Positions 1 to 11,790 of a stretch of 64,000 nucleotides of DNA are shown piece by piece. This stretch comes from an uncultured Nitrososphaeraceae archaeon (GTDB taxonomy: Archaea > Thermoproteota > Nitrososphaeria > Nitrososphaerales > Nitrososphaeraceae), in contig CAWIMJ010000050.1 of the NCBI GenBank assembly GCA_963837175.1, forward strand, positions 1 to 64,000, in the 5' to 3' direction. Under the pieces are notes generated by a model. It was not told the origin of the DNA. It saw only the letters and a program-made list of their open reading frames with translations, and searched no databases. Positions within the stretch are counted from its first letter, which is position 1, and each line of letters starts with the position of its first letter. The position numbers and the translations under genes were made by a program.

Positions 1-54
1 CAGAAATATCATTATATTTAGTAGATTTAAGAAACATGATAGCATTGAATTAAT

Positions 55-460
55 ATATGCAAAACCCGCATAATATTGTTCCGTGGATGTGATCGCTTCT
101 GCAATTTGCAATGTAACCACTGTTATTGATGGCTTAATAGAAAAGATAATGAACAAGAAAACCTAACTCCAAAAGGTTGGAGAGAAATAATCAGAAAAAC
201 TTTCAAGAAGCAACATGTTTTTATTGTAACTCCTCTAGTAAGAGCGGAACCTACAATGAGGCCAGATATGGTGGAAGTATTCTGTCAAGAAATGCCTAAT
301 AGAGTATGTATTGTTTCAAATGGGACTTATCCTTTAAAGAGATTTGATAAGCTTTATTTTTACTAGATTTCTTTGGATGGCAGAGAGAGGATTCATGACG
401 AAATTAGAGGAAGATGTTCCTATTCAAAGACTCGACAAAATAGCTTAGAATACATCTTAG
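55..460 (+). pseudogene. Radical SAM protein remnant
   Basis: The frame of the 373..582 ORF reads C-N-L-Q-C-N-H-C (CxxxCxxC) from position 100, then EPTMRPD, IVSNGT and ISLDG..HDEIRG. In-frame stops at 127 (TGA) and 364 (TAG) look like mutated Trp codons. The 3' part is lost and the boundaries are approximate. Confidence 0.8.
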
Positions 461-656
461 GGTATTGTATTAGTTCCTACTGTTTTCTTGTAAGAATCAG
501 TGATGTATTGTTATTTGTTATTGTTCTTTGTGCAATACTAATTGCAAGGTCTTATTATAGCTTGCCAGGGATTTTACTATAATTAGTGGTTGTATTTATA
601 GCAGAACAGTAATAGCCAACGTGTATAAGCAGGGATAAGAAGGGTATATAATAGTC

Positions 657-2882
657 ATGGTTAGTAAAGATGATAACAATCTTTCCATAAAGATACTTGA
701 GGCATACACTAGAGATGTAGGTCGTGGAACTATCAGAATTGACTATGATTCTATGGATTCTTTGAGTGCATCTACAGGTGATGTTATCGAGATTAGAGGC
801 AAACGTAGAACCGTTGCTAAGTGTTTACCACTTTATCCTTCAGATGAAGGTAAGGGGATAATAAGGATTGACGGACTTGTTAGAAACAATGCAGGTGTTG
901 CTATTGGCGATACAGTCGTTGTAAGAAAGATTAAGGCAGTTCCAGCTGAAAAGGTTATAGTTGCTCCTTTAGAGGCTATACCTCCTATAGATGAGCGATA
1001 CCTTGCCGATGCTCTTGAAAGTGTTCCTCTAATAAAAGGTGATAATGTAATGGTACCTTATTTTGGAGGTAGACTTACATTCCAGGTTATAGGTGTGACT
1101 TCACCATCTGGTGCTACATCTGCTGACGCTGTTCTTGCGACTCAGAAAACAATATTTCATATAATAGATAGAGACGAAGCATTAGGAAAAGGAATTCCAC
1201 AGGTTGCATATGAAGACATTGGTGGTTTAAAAGAAGAAATCCAAAAGGTCCGTGAGATGATTGAGCTTCCATTAAGACATCCTGAAATTTTTGAAAAACT
1301 AGGTATTGAAGCGCCCAAAGGTGTACTTCTTTATGGTCCTCCTGGCGCAGGTAAAACCTTACTGGCAAAGGCAGTTGCTAACGAAAGCGACGCTCATTTT
1401 ATTAATATTTCAGGACCGGAGATAATGAGCAAGTTCTATGGTGAATCAGAAGCACGAATAAGAGAAATCTTTAAAGAAACGAAAGAAAACGAGCCATCAA
1501 TTATATTTATTGATGAAATTGATTCTATTGCTCCAAAACGAGAAGATGTAATGGGAGAAATGGAGAGAAGAGTAGTCTCACAATTATTATCTTCGATGGA
1601 CGGTCTTGAAGCAAGAGGTAAAGTCATTGTGATTGCAGCAACAAACAGACCAAATGCAATTGATCCAGCATTAAGGCGTCCTGGAAGATTTGACAGAGAA
1701 ATAGAGATTAAGGTACCTGATAAACGTGGCAGATTAGAGATATTGCAGATCCATACTAGGAACATGCCTCTAGATACAGATGTAGATCAGGATAGAGTTG
1801 CAGCAGTCACTCATGGTTTTGTAGGTGCTGATCTTGAATATTTGTGCAAAGAGGCAGCCATGAAGTGTTTAAGAAGATTGCTGCCTGAACTTAACTTGGA
1901 AGAGGAAAAGATTGCACTTGAAATATTAGAAAAATTAGTTATAATTATGAATGACTTTGAAAATGCACTAAAAGATGTAATGCCATCTGCTATGAGAGAA
2001 GTCTATTTAGAGACACCTGATATTCACTGGAAAGATATAGGTGGATTAGAAGAAGTTAAGCGTGAGTTACAGGAAGCAGTAGAGTGGCCATTGCGGTACT
2101 CAGAGTTGTACAAGAAATTAGGACATAGTATCCCAAAAGGAATTCTGCTGCATGGACCTTCTGGTACAGGAAAGACAATGCTCGCAAAAGCTGTAGCCAC
2201 TGGATCTGATGCCAATTTTATCAGCATAAAAGGGCCGGAGTTGCTTTCAAAATGGGTAGGTGAATCAGAGAAAGGAGTTAGAGAAGTATTTAGAAAAGCA
2301 AGACAAGCATCTCCTTGTGTAATATTCTTTGACGAAATAGATTCTATTGCTCCTACGAGAGGAGGAGGGGGAGAAGAGGGAATGGATGGAGAAAGAATAT
2401 CAATAAATACTGGTACAGAAAGGATCATATCTCAGCTTCTCACAGAACTAGACGGCATACAAGAGCTGCAAGGAGTAATTGTGCTCGCCGCAACTAACAG
2501 AGTTGACATGATTGACAGGGCATTATTAAGACTAGGAAGATTTGACAAAATTGTATTTGTGCCCAAGCCTGATAAAATGACAAGAGAGCTGATTCTTGAA
2601 TTAGATGTAAAACATAAATCTATATGTTATGACGTCAACCTGAAAATGATAGCCGAGGCAACAGAAGGATTCAGTGCTGCGGATGTATCGGCAATTACCA
2701 ATACTGCAATTTCTCTGTTATTACACGAGTACCTAAAGAAGTATCCTATACCAGAAGAAGCAGCAAAATGTGCTTCTGAGGCAATTGTTTCAATGCGCCA
2801 CTTTCAAGAGGCAATCAAGAAGCTAAGAATACAGCGAGAAATGAAACGAGAAGAAAAATCAAATCTATCACAATACAGGTAA
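657..2882 (+). CDS. cdc48: Cdc48/VAT-family AAA+ ATPase
   Basis: N-domain plus two AAA modules ([16 protein letters not shown] and [15 protein letters not shown]), SRH motifs, C-terminal YR tail. Confidence 0.95.
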   Translation: MVSKDDNNLSIKILEAYTRDVGRGTIRIDYDSMDSLSASTGDVIEIRGKRRTVAKCLPLYPSDEGKGIIRIDGLVRNNAGVAIGDTVVVRKIKAVPAEKVIVAPLEAIPPIDERYLADALESVPLIKGDNVMVPYFGGRLTFQVIGVTSPSGATSADAVLATQKTIFHIIDRDEALGKGIPQVAYEDIGGLKEEIQKVREMIELPLRHPEIFEKLGIEAPKGVLLYGPPGAGKTLLAKAVANESDAHFINISGPEIMSKFYGESEARIREIFKETKENEPSIIFIDEIDSIAPKREDVMGEMERRVVSQLLSSMDGLEARGKVIVIAATNRPNAIDPALRRPGRFDREIEIKVPDKRGRLEILQIHTRNMPLDTDVDQDRVAAVTHGFVGADLEYLCKEAAMKCLRRLLPELNLEEEKIALEILEKLVIIMNDFENALKDVMPSAMREVYLETPDIHWKDIGGLEEVKRELQEAVEWPLRYSELYKKLGHSIPKGILLHGPSGTGKTMLAKAVATGSDANFISIKGPELLSKWVGESEKGVREVFRKARQASPCVIFFDEIDSIAPTRGGGGEEGMDGERISINTGTERIISQLLTELDGIQELQGVIVLAATNRVDMIDRALLRLGRFDKIVFVPKPDKMTRELILELDVKHKSICYDVNLKMIAEATEGFSAADVSAITNTAISLLLHEYLKKYPIPEEAAKCASEAIVSMRHFQEAIKKLRIQREMKREEKSNLSQYR

Positions 2883-3126
2883 TGAAATAATACTAATAGC
2901 AACATCAATGTTGATAGGCGAAAAAATAAATATAATACTTGCAATACTTTAGTTGATTTTCGGGCTTTGCAGAAGATTCTATCCTAACACTGATTCTATC
3001 ACGAGACTATATGGCTTGACGTGTAAACAAAAGATCATAATCAAGTATGACCTATCGATACGATAGGATAAAAGGCAATATGATAAGTGAGGAAACTAGA
3101 AAAGATATCGAACCTCCTAATCTCCT

Positions 3127-3819
3127 GTGAGTAAGTGTTTTATCAGTGGACTTACACTTAATAGTGTCTTTGATGTAGTAATAATGTTTATTTTGGCTGA
3201 AGTTAAACAATTAAACGCTGAGGAGCGATATAAGATAGAATCGCGTCTTGCTAACTATAATATACCGTCCCAAATTTTAGAAATAGTTGCAGAAAGTTGT
3301 GGTTGTAAAATGGAATATGGTTCTGTTAGAATGGGAACTAAGTTAGCAGCTCGACTTTCTAGGTTGAACGGTCAATCAATTAGGCTCCTTCAACAGATAT
3401 TCCTTGACTGTGAAGATTGTTTTTCGACTTTTAGACTTGCAACTTTTTTTTCTTCCCTCTACAATCCAAAATCTTACATTCTTGTCATGGAAAAAGATCT
3501 ATGCGGTAAATCAGGTACCAAATACACTTTTGATGTTTGTATTTATCAAAGAAACACGGAAGATTTAATTGCTGTCGGAGTGCAAAACAAGAATGTAGAA
3601 AAAGCTGCAGATTCGAAGTCTTTACAAACATTTTTGACATCTATTAAGGATATTTGTGCCGTTGAAAAGTATATGCAAAGAATGTACTATGTATCTTCAG
3701 CAGGCTATGAGAATAATGATTATGTACAATTAATAAAAGATCAGCGCATAGACGACAGAGAAATCAAATTTCTAGAATATAAAGATAAAATATACTTTGA
3801 GCCCAAATTTCTAAGGTGA
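3127..3819 (+). CDS. Hypothetical protein with a C-terminal PD-(D/E)xK, Mrr-like nuclease-fold domain (start possibly ATG 3184)
   Basis: GKSGTKYTFDV...GVQNK and YYVSSAGY resemble Mrr-type restriction endonuclease motifs. Confidence 0.5.
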   Translation: MSKCFISGLTLNSVFDVVIMFILAEVKQLNAEERYKIESRLANYNIPSQILEIVAESCGCKMEYGSVRMGTKLAARLSRLNGQSIRLLQQIFLDCEDCFSTFRLATFFSSLYNPKSYILVMEKDLCGKSGTKYTFDVCIYQRNTEDLIAVGVQNKNVEKAADSKSLQTFLTSIKDICAVEKYMQRMYYVSSAGYENNDYVQLIKDQRIDDREIKFLEYKDKIYFEPKFLR

Positions 3820-4139
3820 ATTGTAAATTGGTAATAATTATCACATCACAGGAATATTTCGTCCTAAATTCTAGCTCAAATTTTTCTCTCTATCTTTACA
3901 GTTTAGCCTCCCTAGGATTACTGAAGATATGTACCTCCCATATGGTAATATGACCAAAGACGATATACTATATGCACAAATCCACAAACTCGAGCGCAGG
4001 CAGCGAGTAAAATTACTTCATTACTGAGCATTTAATCTGTATTTGAGATGAGGTTCAGCGCAAGCGGCTACCCCATTCTTTTCACATGATATCTAAAATT
4101 TATCCATAGTCTAGATTAAAATGAAGAAAGAATTCTGTC

Positions 4140-4583
4140 AGAAGTTTTGAAAAATTGTTAATGTTGTACAGAAAAACAATGCAATGCATTTCAAGCTTTT
4201 GCAAGCTCAGTATTAAATTCTGTCGCCGGCTCAATTGTTCTATCATATATTTTCAAGATTTCTCTTGTTGCATCGATTAAGTTGATTGTCAATCGCTTGT
4301 TGATAACTGCTCTTGTGACTATACTATTAGTTATTTCATTTGATCGCCTGGCAAATCGTTCTATGTGTGATATTGTTATGTGATTGTTTGTTATAAATTG
4401 TTTTATGAAGAATTGTACTCTAGATTATATTCGTGTTTGAATGCAATGTATCTGTAGGTTCAAGAATACTTACCGGTATTGGTGGTTCAACCTTTGCAAA
4501 TTCATTTAATGCTCGTGTAAAGGCCTCGCCTAGTGTGTCATTAAAGCCATGGTTGTTAGTTGTAGCTGTTGTTCTTTGTTCAT
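4140..4583 (-). pseudogene. Degraded helical, phasin-like Nitrososphaera-family gene
   Basis: Minus strand reads MNKEQQLQLTNHGFNDTLGEAFTRALNEFAKV, then frameshifts and stops, then RFARRSNEITNSIV...LTINLIDATREILKIYDRTIEPATEFNTELAKA*; the 3' boundary is approximate. Confidence 0.55.
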
Positions 4584-4975
4584 ATCATTCGATTTATTGT
4601 CTATTATTTTAATGATGTTTGGAATAGCAGAAAGACATGGTATTTTAGTTGATAATTGTATTAATAATATTTATGACAACTAGTTCCTCTCAAAACAGAG
4701 CCATCAAAAGATAAGCATCTGTCAGTATAAACAAATATAAGTTATTGATCTGTGCCTCTCAAAATTTATAAAGGTAAATAATTTATTAGATTTTTATCAA
4801 TCATTGGTGATAATATCATTATAGAAATATGCATCTTAAACAATTCACCCTTTTCTCTATAGATTTTGGCAAAAAATCTTTGCGTACCTTTATGTCCAAC
4901 ACGTGGTAGATTTGTTTTTAGAATTTCAATGCACTTATTAATTTTGGAACTCTGATATAACTTGAAAAAGATTAG

Positions 4976-5221
4976 CTATTTTTGGAAGCTAATTTGACTG
5001 TATGCTTGTAAGAAATGCAAACCTTTGTCGGTTGTTCTATAAGTTCGCTCTTCTTCTCGAAAGTCTATTAAGTTTTTTTCCAGTAGAAAAGACAGATATT
5101 GTTTCAATTGAGGGTAAGAAAGAAATGCGTTGTACATTATTTTTGTCTTATTAACTCCATCATTATTATTAGCAATTCCTAAAATTAAGGCAATTATTTC
5201 AGTTCTGCTTCTATTTTTCAT
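4976..5221 (-). CDS. Winged helix-turn-helix transcriptional regulator (small archaeal family)
   Basis: MKNRSRTEII...KTKIMYNAFLSYPQLKQYL...YRTTDKG is the typical Nitrososphaera wHTH pattern. Confidence 0.85.
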   Translation of the reverse strand: MKNRSRTEIIALILGIANNNDGVNKTKIMYNAFLSYPQLKQYLSFLLEKNLIDFREEERTYRTTDKGLHFLQAYSQISFQK

Positions 5222-5474
5222 TTGTCATCACTATATATTATTGCTAGAGTATTAAATTAGATGAACAAAATTACAAGTATTATTGTATTTCTAATTCTGT
5301 TTTATATGATAAATCGAGTCGGACAACATTTCTCCAATATGGAACATAAACTTTTCGATAGTAACAATTTCTAAGGTATCTACATGGATCTTCTGGTTGT
5401 TTCTTTTTGATTAATTCTTAAAAAATTGATCCGTTGCTATGGTTAGATAAATATTAGATAAATAGATATTATAC

Positions 5475-6164
5475 GGCTCTGTTCAGTTAACTACAATCTT
5501 TTTTCAATCTCCTTGTTATGCATATTAACAAACATATTAAACCAATTCATTATATGCTTTAATTTACATTTCTCTTTAGTACATGGAAAATAATCATCAA
5601 AACTTTCAGTTCTATCCTTTATTATGTATTGAATTGTTCTTTCGATGATGCTTTTCTCATATGAGGAATGAAGATGATGTTTTATCTTAAGGAATTTGCA
5701 GGCTTGAGGATACCAAGTACCACCGTCTGTTGATATTCTATGTTTTCCATATTTTCTAATTAAATTCTGAAGGAATTGTTCTGCAATAAGCATGTTTCTT
5801 TCTATAGAAATACGAATACCAAAGATTCTCCTATCTAATGGTTCAATTGCAATCCATAGCCATACGTATTCATTACCTGCTTTAACTAGAGTTTCATCTA
5901 TAATGAATTCAGATACTCTAATTCTCTTCTTTTGAAATATTTTTTCTGGTCTGTACTGCTGAATCCAATTCCATATGAAAACATGATTTCTTTTAATAAA
6001 TGGAGATAAGAGTTGTGATGCTTTCCTTAGTGAAAGACCTGAAAAGTATAAGTGTAATGCGTAATAAACATATTTTGAAGGTGTTCTGCTTCTTTTGAAT
6101 ATGACCATATAATAAAGAAGTGGAACATCTTTAGCTATAGGTTTAGTGTTAAGTGAACAGAGCG
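5475..6164. mobile_element. IS6-family insertion sequence, 690 bp
   Basis: Terminal inverted repeats GGCTCTGTTCAGTTAAC (5475-5491) and, reverse-complemented, CGCTCTGTTCACTTAAC (6148-6164). Perfect 8-bp target duplication TATTATAC at 5467-5474 and 6165-6172. Confidence 0.93.
5491..6108 (-). CDS. IS6-family DDE transposase (start ATG 6108; the ORF-track start lies outside the element)
   Basis: GLSLRKAS HTH and IDET, STDGG, IERTIQ DDE triad of IS6/IS240 type. Confidence 0.9.
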   Translation of the reverse strand: MVIFKRSRTPSKYVYYALHLYFSGLSLRKASQLLSPFIKRNHVFIWNWIQQYRPEKIFQKKRIRVSEFIIDETLVKAGNEYVWLWIAIEPLDRRIFGIRISIERNMLIAEQFLQNLIRKYGKHRISTDGGTWYPQACKFLKIKHHLHSSYEKSIIERTIQYIIKDRTESFDDYFPCTKEKCKLKHIMNWFNMFVNMHNKEIEKRL

Positions 6165-7035
6165 TATTATACATTTGTAAAGAATTTAAATCAAATCAGT
6201 GCAATACAGTTTCCTGTAAAGTTTTTTGGTATGTCATTTGAGGTTCTTTGTGCTGCACTAGTATTATCAAGGGGCATGCGTCTTTTTATCTATATAATTG
6301 GAAATTAAAAAATATTGTATATTGATTGTCTATTTCGGAGGAAAAATTTAGATTATTTCTGTCTTTTGTTAAATATATAAGATGAGCCAGCAATAAGCTA
6401 TCAAACAGTTGTAGAAGGTCTTATTCATGAGGACTAACTTCTCTAAGTCTTTGAATGACATAATAATATAACCAACTACAATAGCTTTAAGCTTACTCTC
6501 AACAATAGAAATGGATTCAGATGAGTTTTGGTCATGTAAATAAATGAAAATCAACTGTTATACGAAATCATTGCATCCACAGATTCTTCATCGTATTCTT
6601 CTCTGCTTTAATCATCTCTTTTCTTTCTTAAGTAATTGTTGGATAATTGATTATCTTTTTAAGATATGCTCTTAGTAATCGGAAGATGGAAGGAGATAAT
6701 AATATTACGATAATCCTACTGGATAAAAGAAAAAACTTAATTTATGACAATAACGAATGTTGCATTGTCAAATTGACGAACTAGCGAAACGATACAACTA
6801 ATATCCTGATTTCTAGATAAATCTTAGATGGAATTACTTTCAAGATCAGCTAAGTAATATGACTACATCCAGAACCAGCACAAGCCTTATTTCAAACAGC
6901 TTTTGATAAGTATTGATAATGCTATCTTAAAAAGATAACTGACAATATCGATAACTAATATAAATGTTCGATCATCTGTTTTTGCTATATATAATATTGG
7001 TCAGCGCTTACGATTTACAACAGGTATGAAATTCA

Positions 7036-7269
7036 CTACCAATGTTGAGTTTGGTGCTGTCTTCCTACCCTCTGTCCAGTATTAACGGTTGTCTCTCTTG
7101 GTGGAGTGGGGCTATCATTTTCGTGTCCGGGATGTGATCTGATGTGGAACCAGTATTGCGAATTTGTGATTGTATTTTTACAAATAGGACAGTTTGCATA
7201 TCCACATTTATGATAGCCTATAAAGTTAGGATGAATTGTTAAGCCACATTTATCACATTTATTAGTCAA
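7036..7269 (-). CDS. Small zinc-finger protein (probable TTG start at 7269)
   Basis: CDKC...HKC and CPIC...HIRSH motifs. Confidence 0.6.
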   Translation of the reverse strand: MTNKCDKCGLTIHPNFIGYHKCGYANCPICKNTITNSQYWFHIRSHPGHENDSPTPPRETTVNTGQRVGRQHQTQHW

Positions 7270-7818
7270 AATATATTCAGTTTTGTTTAACATTAAGTAC
7301 CATAAGGATGTATTGGCTAGACCAAGTCTGTTTTGTGAACATTTCTTCACAGCGGTAGCCCTAGATTATTGTTTCTCTGTTTTCTCTGCAGGGGTAAAGA
7401 AGGTTTGGGTAACTCTACCAATTTATGTTCTAAACAGCTATAATAATAGCAAGAAGGTTTAATAAAGTATAAGGAGTAGAAAACAAAAAATAAAATGCCA
7501 TTGATTATGCTAAATTGTAAACTTGAAATGTGTTCCTTGATTACAGACAAAGGTATCCTGGCGTGCTCACTAGTAACAGTATCTTCACCTGGATCCCTAA
7601 TTGAATAATCAACACCTTCAAAACCAGCAATTCTATCAGTTCTTCTTATTCTATTGATTTCATCATTTCAGAGTAAAACCTGCCAGGACATCATTTTGAG
7701 CTGAATCTTTTAGATTATACTCAGTTGCATTTGCAGGCAGCAAGTAACTGCCATTTATCGTGTATTTGTGGATTATTGAGCTATAATTTATGTACCATCT
7801 TTCATAATCTATAATAAT

Positions 7819-9363
7819 ATGAAAAGAAATATCAGATTGGATCAGTGTATTGCTATACTCAGAATAGTTTTACTTTCAATTCTGGTTTTAACTTCTATAT
7901 CTAGCGGTTATTATTCTTCCTTATTACTACCTTCTGCTAGTGCATCAACATACGTGCCGACACTGAGTTATAATACTGATGAGGGTACACCATCAATCAT
8001 TAGCGATCTCACCTTAAAAGTAGAAGAAGTCGTAACAGGATTGGATCTACCTACTACTATGGCATTCTTAGGTCCTAATGACATATTAGTTTTGGAGAAG
8101 AATAAGGGTACTGTTCAGAGAATCATTAATGGTACAATGCTTCCAGAACCACTGCTCGATGTTAATGTCGCGACTTCTGTTGAGAGATGTATGTGTGGAA
8201 TTGCTACTGTATCGAAGAATAGTAGTAACATTGGGTCAACATATGTATTCTTATATTTTACTGAAGCGCAAGTAACAGATAGTGAGGATGTCATTCAAGG
8301 AAAAGATCCATTAGGTAACCGCCTTTATAGATATGATCTAGATAATAATAATAATAAACTGATAAATCCTGTACTTCTTCTTGACCTCCCTGGTACACCT
8401 GGTCCACGTCATAATGGTGGTGCTATCATGGTTGGACCTGATAATAACATCTATGTTCCTATCGGAGATGTAGATGGATCTGGTATGGGAGAGGCTTCGC
8501 AAACTAAAGCTCAGAATTATGTTAATGGAATAGAACCAGATGGCAGGAGCGGTATCCTTCGAATTACACAGGATGGTAGACCTGTAGGAACTAGTGGTGC
8601 TGCTGGTGGTGTGGGTAGTAGCAGTAGTGGCGGTGGCATTATTGGTGATTCTTATCCTCTAAATCTATACTATGCATATGGAATACGAAACAGCTTTGGA
8701 TTTGATTTTGATCCTGTAACAGGAAAGCTATGGGATACAGAGAATGGTCCGGGTGATGGTCCAGGCGAAGGAGATGAGATTAATTTGGTAGAACCTGGAT
8801 TTAACAGTGGATGGCAAGAAGTGCATGGTATGGCTTCTATTGCTATTGCTGCGGATAACAATAATAATGATATTAACCCTAATGATTATTTAGTCGATTT
8901 TGAAGGAAAAGGAAAGTATAGTGATCCTGAATTTGCATGGATAGAGACTGTCGGCCCTACTGCATTAAAGTTTCTTAATTCAGATAATAAATTAGGAACA
9001 CAATATGAAAATGATATGTTTGTAGGAGATGTTCATAATGGAAACATATACCATTTTGACTTGAATGAAGCTAGAACAGATCTAATTCTTGGTGGTGGAT
9101 TGCTAGCTGATAAAGTGGCAGACTCAGATTCTGAACTAGAAGAAGCTGGTGGCGGTGCTGGTATAATATTTGGCAAAGGTTTTGGAGGAATCACCGATCT
9201 TGAAGTCGGACCAGATGGATATTTCTATGTTGTTTCGATTGGCAAAGGTGCAATATACAGAATAGTACCTGGAGTCAATGATGTTGATAGATCTATAATA
9301 GATAAAGACGATGAGCAAGGTAATAATGATTATGATATTGGATCAGAAGATGATGACGAGTAG
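7819..9363 (+). CDS. Secreted PQQ-dependent sugar (glucose/sorbosone) dehydrogenase-family beta-propeller
   Basis: N-terminal hydrophobic signal; GLDLPTTMAF, HNGG, YGIRNSFG, ENGP, DEIN..PGFNSGW motifs; acidic tail. Confidence 0.9.
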   Translation: MKRNIRLDQCIAILRIVLLSILVLTSISSGYYSSLLLPSASASTYVPTLSYNTDEGTPSIISDLTLKVEEVVTGLDLPTTMAFLGPNDILVLEKNKGTVQRIINGTMLPEPLLDVNVATSVERCMCGIATVSKNSSNIGSTYVFLYFTEAQVTDSEDVIQGKDPLGNRLYRYDLDNNNNKLINPVLLLDLPGTPGPRHNGGAIMVGPDNNIYVPIGDVDGSGMGEASQTKAQNYVNGIEPDGRSGILRITQDGRPVGTSGAAGGVGSSSSGGGIIGDSYPLNLYYAYGIRNSFGFDFDPVTGKLWDTENGPGDGPGEGDEINLVEPGFNSGWQEVHGMASIAIAADNNNNDINPNDYLVDFEGKGKYSDPEFAWIETVGPTALKFLNSDNKLGTQYENDMFVGDVHNGNIYHFDLNEARTDLILGGGLLADKVADSDSELEEAGGGAGIIFGKGFGGITDLEVGPDGYFYVVSIGKGAIYRIVPGVNDVDRSIIDKDDEQGNNDYDIGSEDDDE

Positions 9364-10136
9364 TAACGCTGATGGTGGAGATAGTGATTTTGTATGGAAT
9401 TGTTAGAATATTCTGTAATGACAAGAAATTCTAATATTAATACGGTTGTTTATTGAATTAAGAACTTGAAGCGATGATTTAAAACAGTGTTTACGATTAG
9501 AAAAAGTCTTCTGATAGAACTCAAACATTCCTATGAATAGAGGAGAACTGGAAACGAAGAGACGTGTTCTTACAGACAGGAATAATAATCCATTATCTGT
9601 TGTTACCACGACATATGAAAATACATATGAAAATACACTTGAAATGAAGACTCAACTATAAAGAACATTAGACTCATTTATTGAAATTACTCCTTCCATA
9701 TAAAAACAAAATCTGTCTCTGCAAAGAATAGAATTATTCAAAGAGTGTAAATATATTAAATTAAAAGACGACATGATACGTATAACAAGACCTTAAAAAC
9801 AGAATAAATAATTCAGACCAACTGAGGAAAAACTGCCAGAGAATGGATATCATACAGCAACAAAATGGAATCTATAGAAAGAGGAGCCTTATGATTCAAC
9901 AAGTATCAAGAAATTGATGTAAATATCAAAATAAAACACAAGAGAACGCTATCTCTGTTTAGTGCACATATTTGCTTGTGCTTTATCTCTTTTGCAAATG
10001 ATACTGCTGTAGAAAAAATTATAATAATATGTATAAAAATATATTATAATATTTTAGATAGATATAATTTTAATATAAATTCTTTAATTTCTCCAATGCT
10101 TAGTTTTATTGAATATTAGAATCTTTTTTTCCATTT

Positions 10137-10247
10137 TTACTTTCCATGTTCTTTTCGATTATGCTCTTGAAGCTCGTCTAAGGAATTAAAAGTCATGTTG
10201 CCGCCGCATTCTTCACAGCGATATTGACTACCGGTAGATGATGACAT
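10137..10247 (-). CDS. 36-aa C2H2 zinc-finger microprotein (below the ORF-track cut-off)
   Basis: MSSSTGSQYRCEECGGNMTFNSLDELQEHNRKEHGK* has CxxC...F..L..H....H with ATG start and TAA stop. Confidence 0.7.
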   Translation of the reverse strand: MSSSTGSQYRCEECGGNMTFNSLDELQEHNRKEHGK

Positions 10248-10884
10248 GAATATACATACACTATCGTATGATTTAAAGACTGCGGATCGCACAAATCATT
10301 TAGATCAACAATATGAAATTTAATCCAGATCGTATGGATAACCTTTGTTGACAACACGATCCATACTATTTGAGAATAAGTTGTGTTGTTGCTAGTAAAC
10401 TTCATATTATTAATTCCAAATTGCCTTATATCATTAATAAATGTCCATTCCTTTTTGACATCAATAACAGTACCAATTTTCTGAGGATCTTTATTCTTCC
10501 ACAAATAGCCTACCTATCCTGCACTTGCATCTAGAGGGTTTCTTTTTAGGTTTGACAACATTTTCTATTATTGATGGATACATGTGTTCTACTTACAATT
10601 ACAAAAGAAGTTAATTCTTCTGATAATCAAATTCTAAAGATAAAAAAGTATAAAGTTTGAAGATAGTCTGCTAAGGTACAATTAACATAGGCATAGGTTG
10701 ATAATCACGGGAATCACTGGTTTAAAAGATAACACAAAATGAAAGTGGTCGAATCAAATTAAAACATAAGGAAGTAATTCCATGTATGTTAGATAATAGT
10801 CATTTAAGATTTAGGAAATAATTCTTAATCCTCTTTGTCATCCCGTTTAATTTATCAATAACAAAAAAAGAAGGAAAACAGAGT

Positions 10885-11790
10885 CTAATTTAAGTCAAAT
10901 TGTCTTTTTAGATCCTTGAATCTATTTCTGACAGTCACTTCTGTTACACCCGCTGCGTTTGCAATATCTATCTGGCTTCTATTTTCACCAGTCTTAAGAC
11001 ATGATAAATAAAGTACTGTTGCTGCAATTCCCATAGGGTCTTTTCCAGCAGATATTTCTTTTTTAGTAACATCGTTCATAATATTTATCGCTTGGCGTTT
11101 TGTCTTTTCGCTTAGGTTGATCTTATTTGATATTTTAGCAATACATTTCAGAGGATCAACTATTGGAATTTTAACATCAAGTTCAAAGAACATTAACCTG
11201 TACATTCTTGCTAGTTCTTTTCGTTTGATATTGCTAATTGTAGCAATATCCTTTAACGTTCTTGAAATTCCCATCTCTCTGCATGTAATGTAGAGAGAGG
11301 CAGCTAATACTGAGTTAATTGTTCTTCCACGCACCATTCCACTTACTTGAGCCTTCCTATAGATGTAAGCAGTCTTTTCTATTATGGCATCAGATAATCC
11401 GAGCTTATCCTTTAACTTATCAAGGTGCTCAAAAGCTTGTCTGAGATTTCTATCAGTAGAGGTATGAGCTTGTGTTCTATAATCCCATGTCCTTAATCTC
11501 TCCATAGTAGTACGCATTGCTGCATCTAAAGCCTGTCCGCTAGCATCCTTATTTGTTCTTCCAATTATTGTTGCAAGTCCTTTATCATGTCTAGCTAGTG
11601 AGGTAGGCATTCCTGTTCTGCTTCTATCGTTTACTTCATCAGCAGTAAAGGCTCGCCACTCTGCTTGTGTTTCTAGAGCCTTCTCTGATATCACCTGACC
11701 ACAGTGACTACAAATTATCTCGCCTGATTCAGGATCTGTGACCATCTGATCTTGGCTACTGCATAGAGAACATATGATTGAAGTTTGCAT
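10885..11790 (-). CDS. tfb: Transcription initiation factor IIB (TFB); start uncertain, 11790-11832
   Basis: Zn ribbon CSLC...CSHCG, B-reader EWRAF, two cyclin repeats (GRTINS, GKDPMG), GVTEVTVRNR HTH. Confidence 0.95.
   Translation of the reverse strand: MQTSIICSLCSSQDQMVTDPESGEIICSHCGQVISEKALETQAEWRAFTADEVNDRSRTGMPTSLARHDKGLATIIGRTNKDASGQALDAAMRTTMERLRTWDYRTQAHTSTDRNLRQAFEHLDKLKDKLGLSDAIIEKTAYIYRKAQVSGMVRGRTINSVLAASLYITCREMGISRTLKDIATISNIKRKELARMYRLMFFELDVKIPIVDPLKCIAKISNKINLSEKTKRQAINIMNDVTKKEISAGKDPMGIAATVLYLSCLKTGENRSQIDIANAAGVTEVTVRNRFKDLKRQFDLN

Noticed and set aside
127-366. Stop-codon recoding (Sec/Pyl) in the radical SAM frame
   Set aside because: The mixed TGA and TAG stops fall at likely Trp positions and the gene is truncated, which indicates ordinary pseudogenisation.
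6109-6174. N-terminal extension of the IS6 transposase
   Set aside because: It crosses the terminal repeat into flanking DNA; ATG 6108 is the plausible start.
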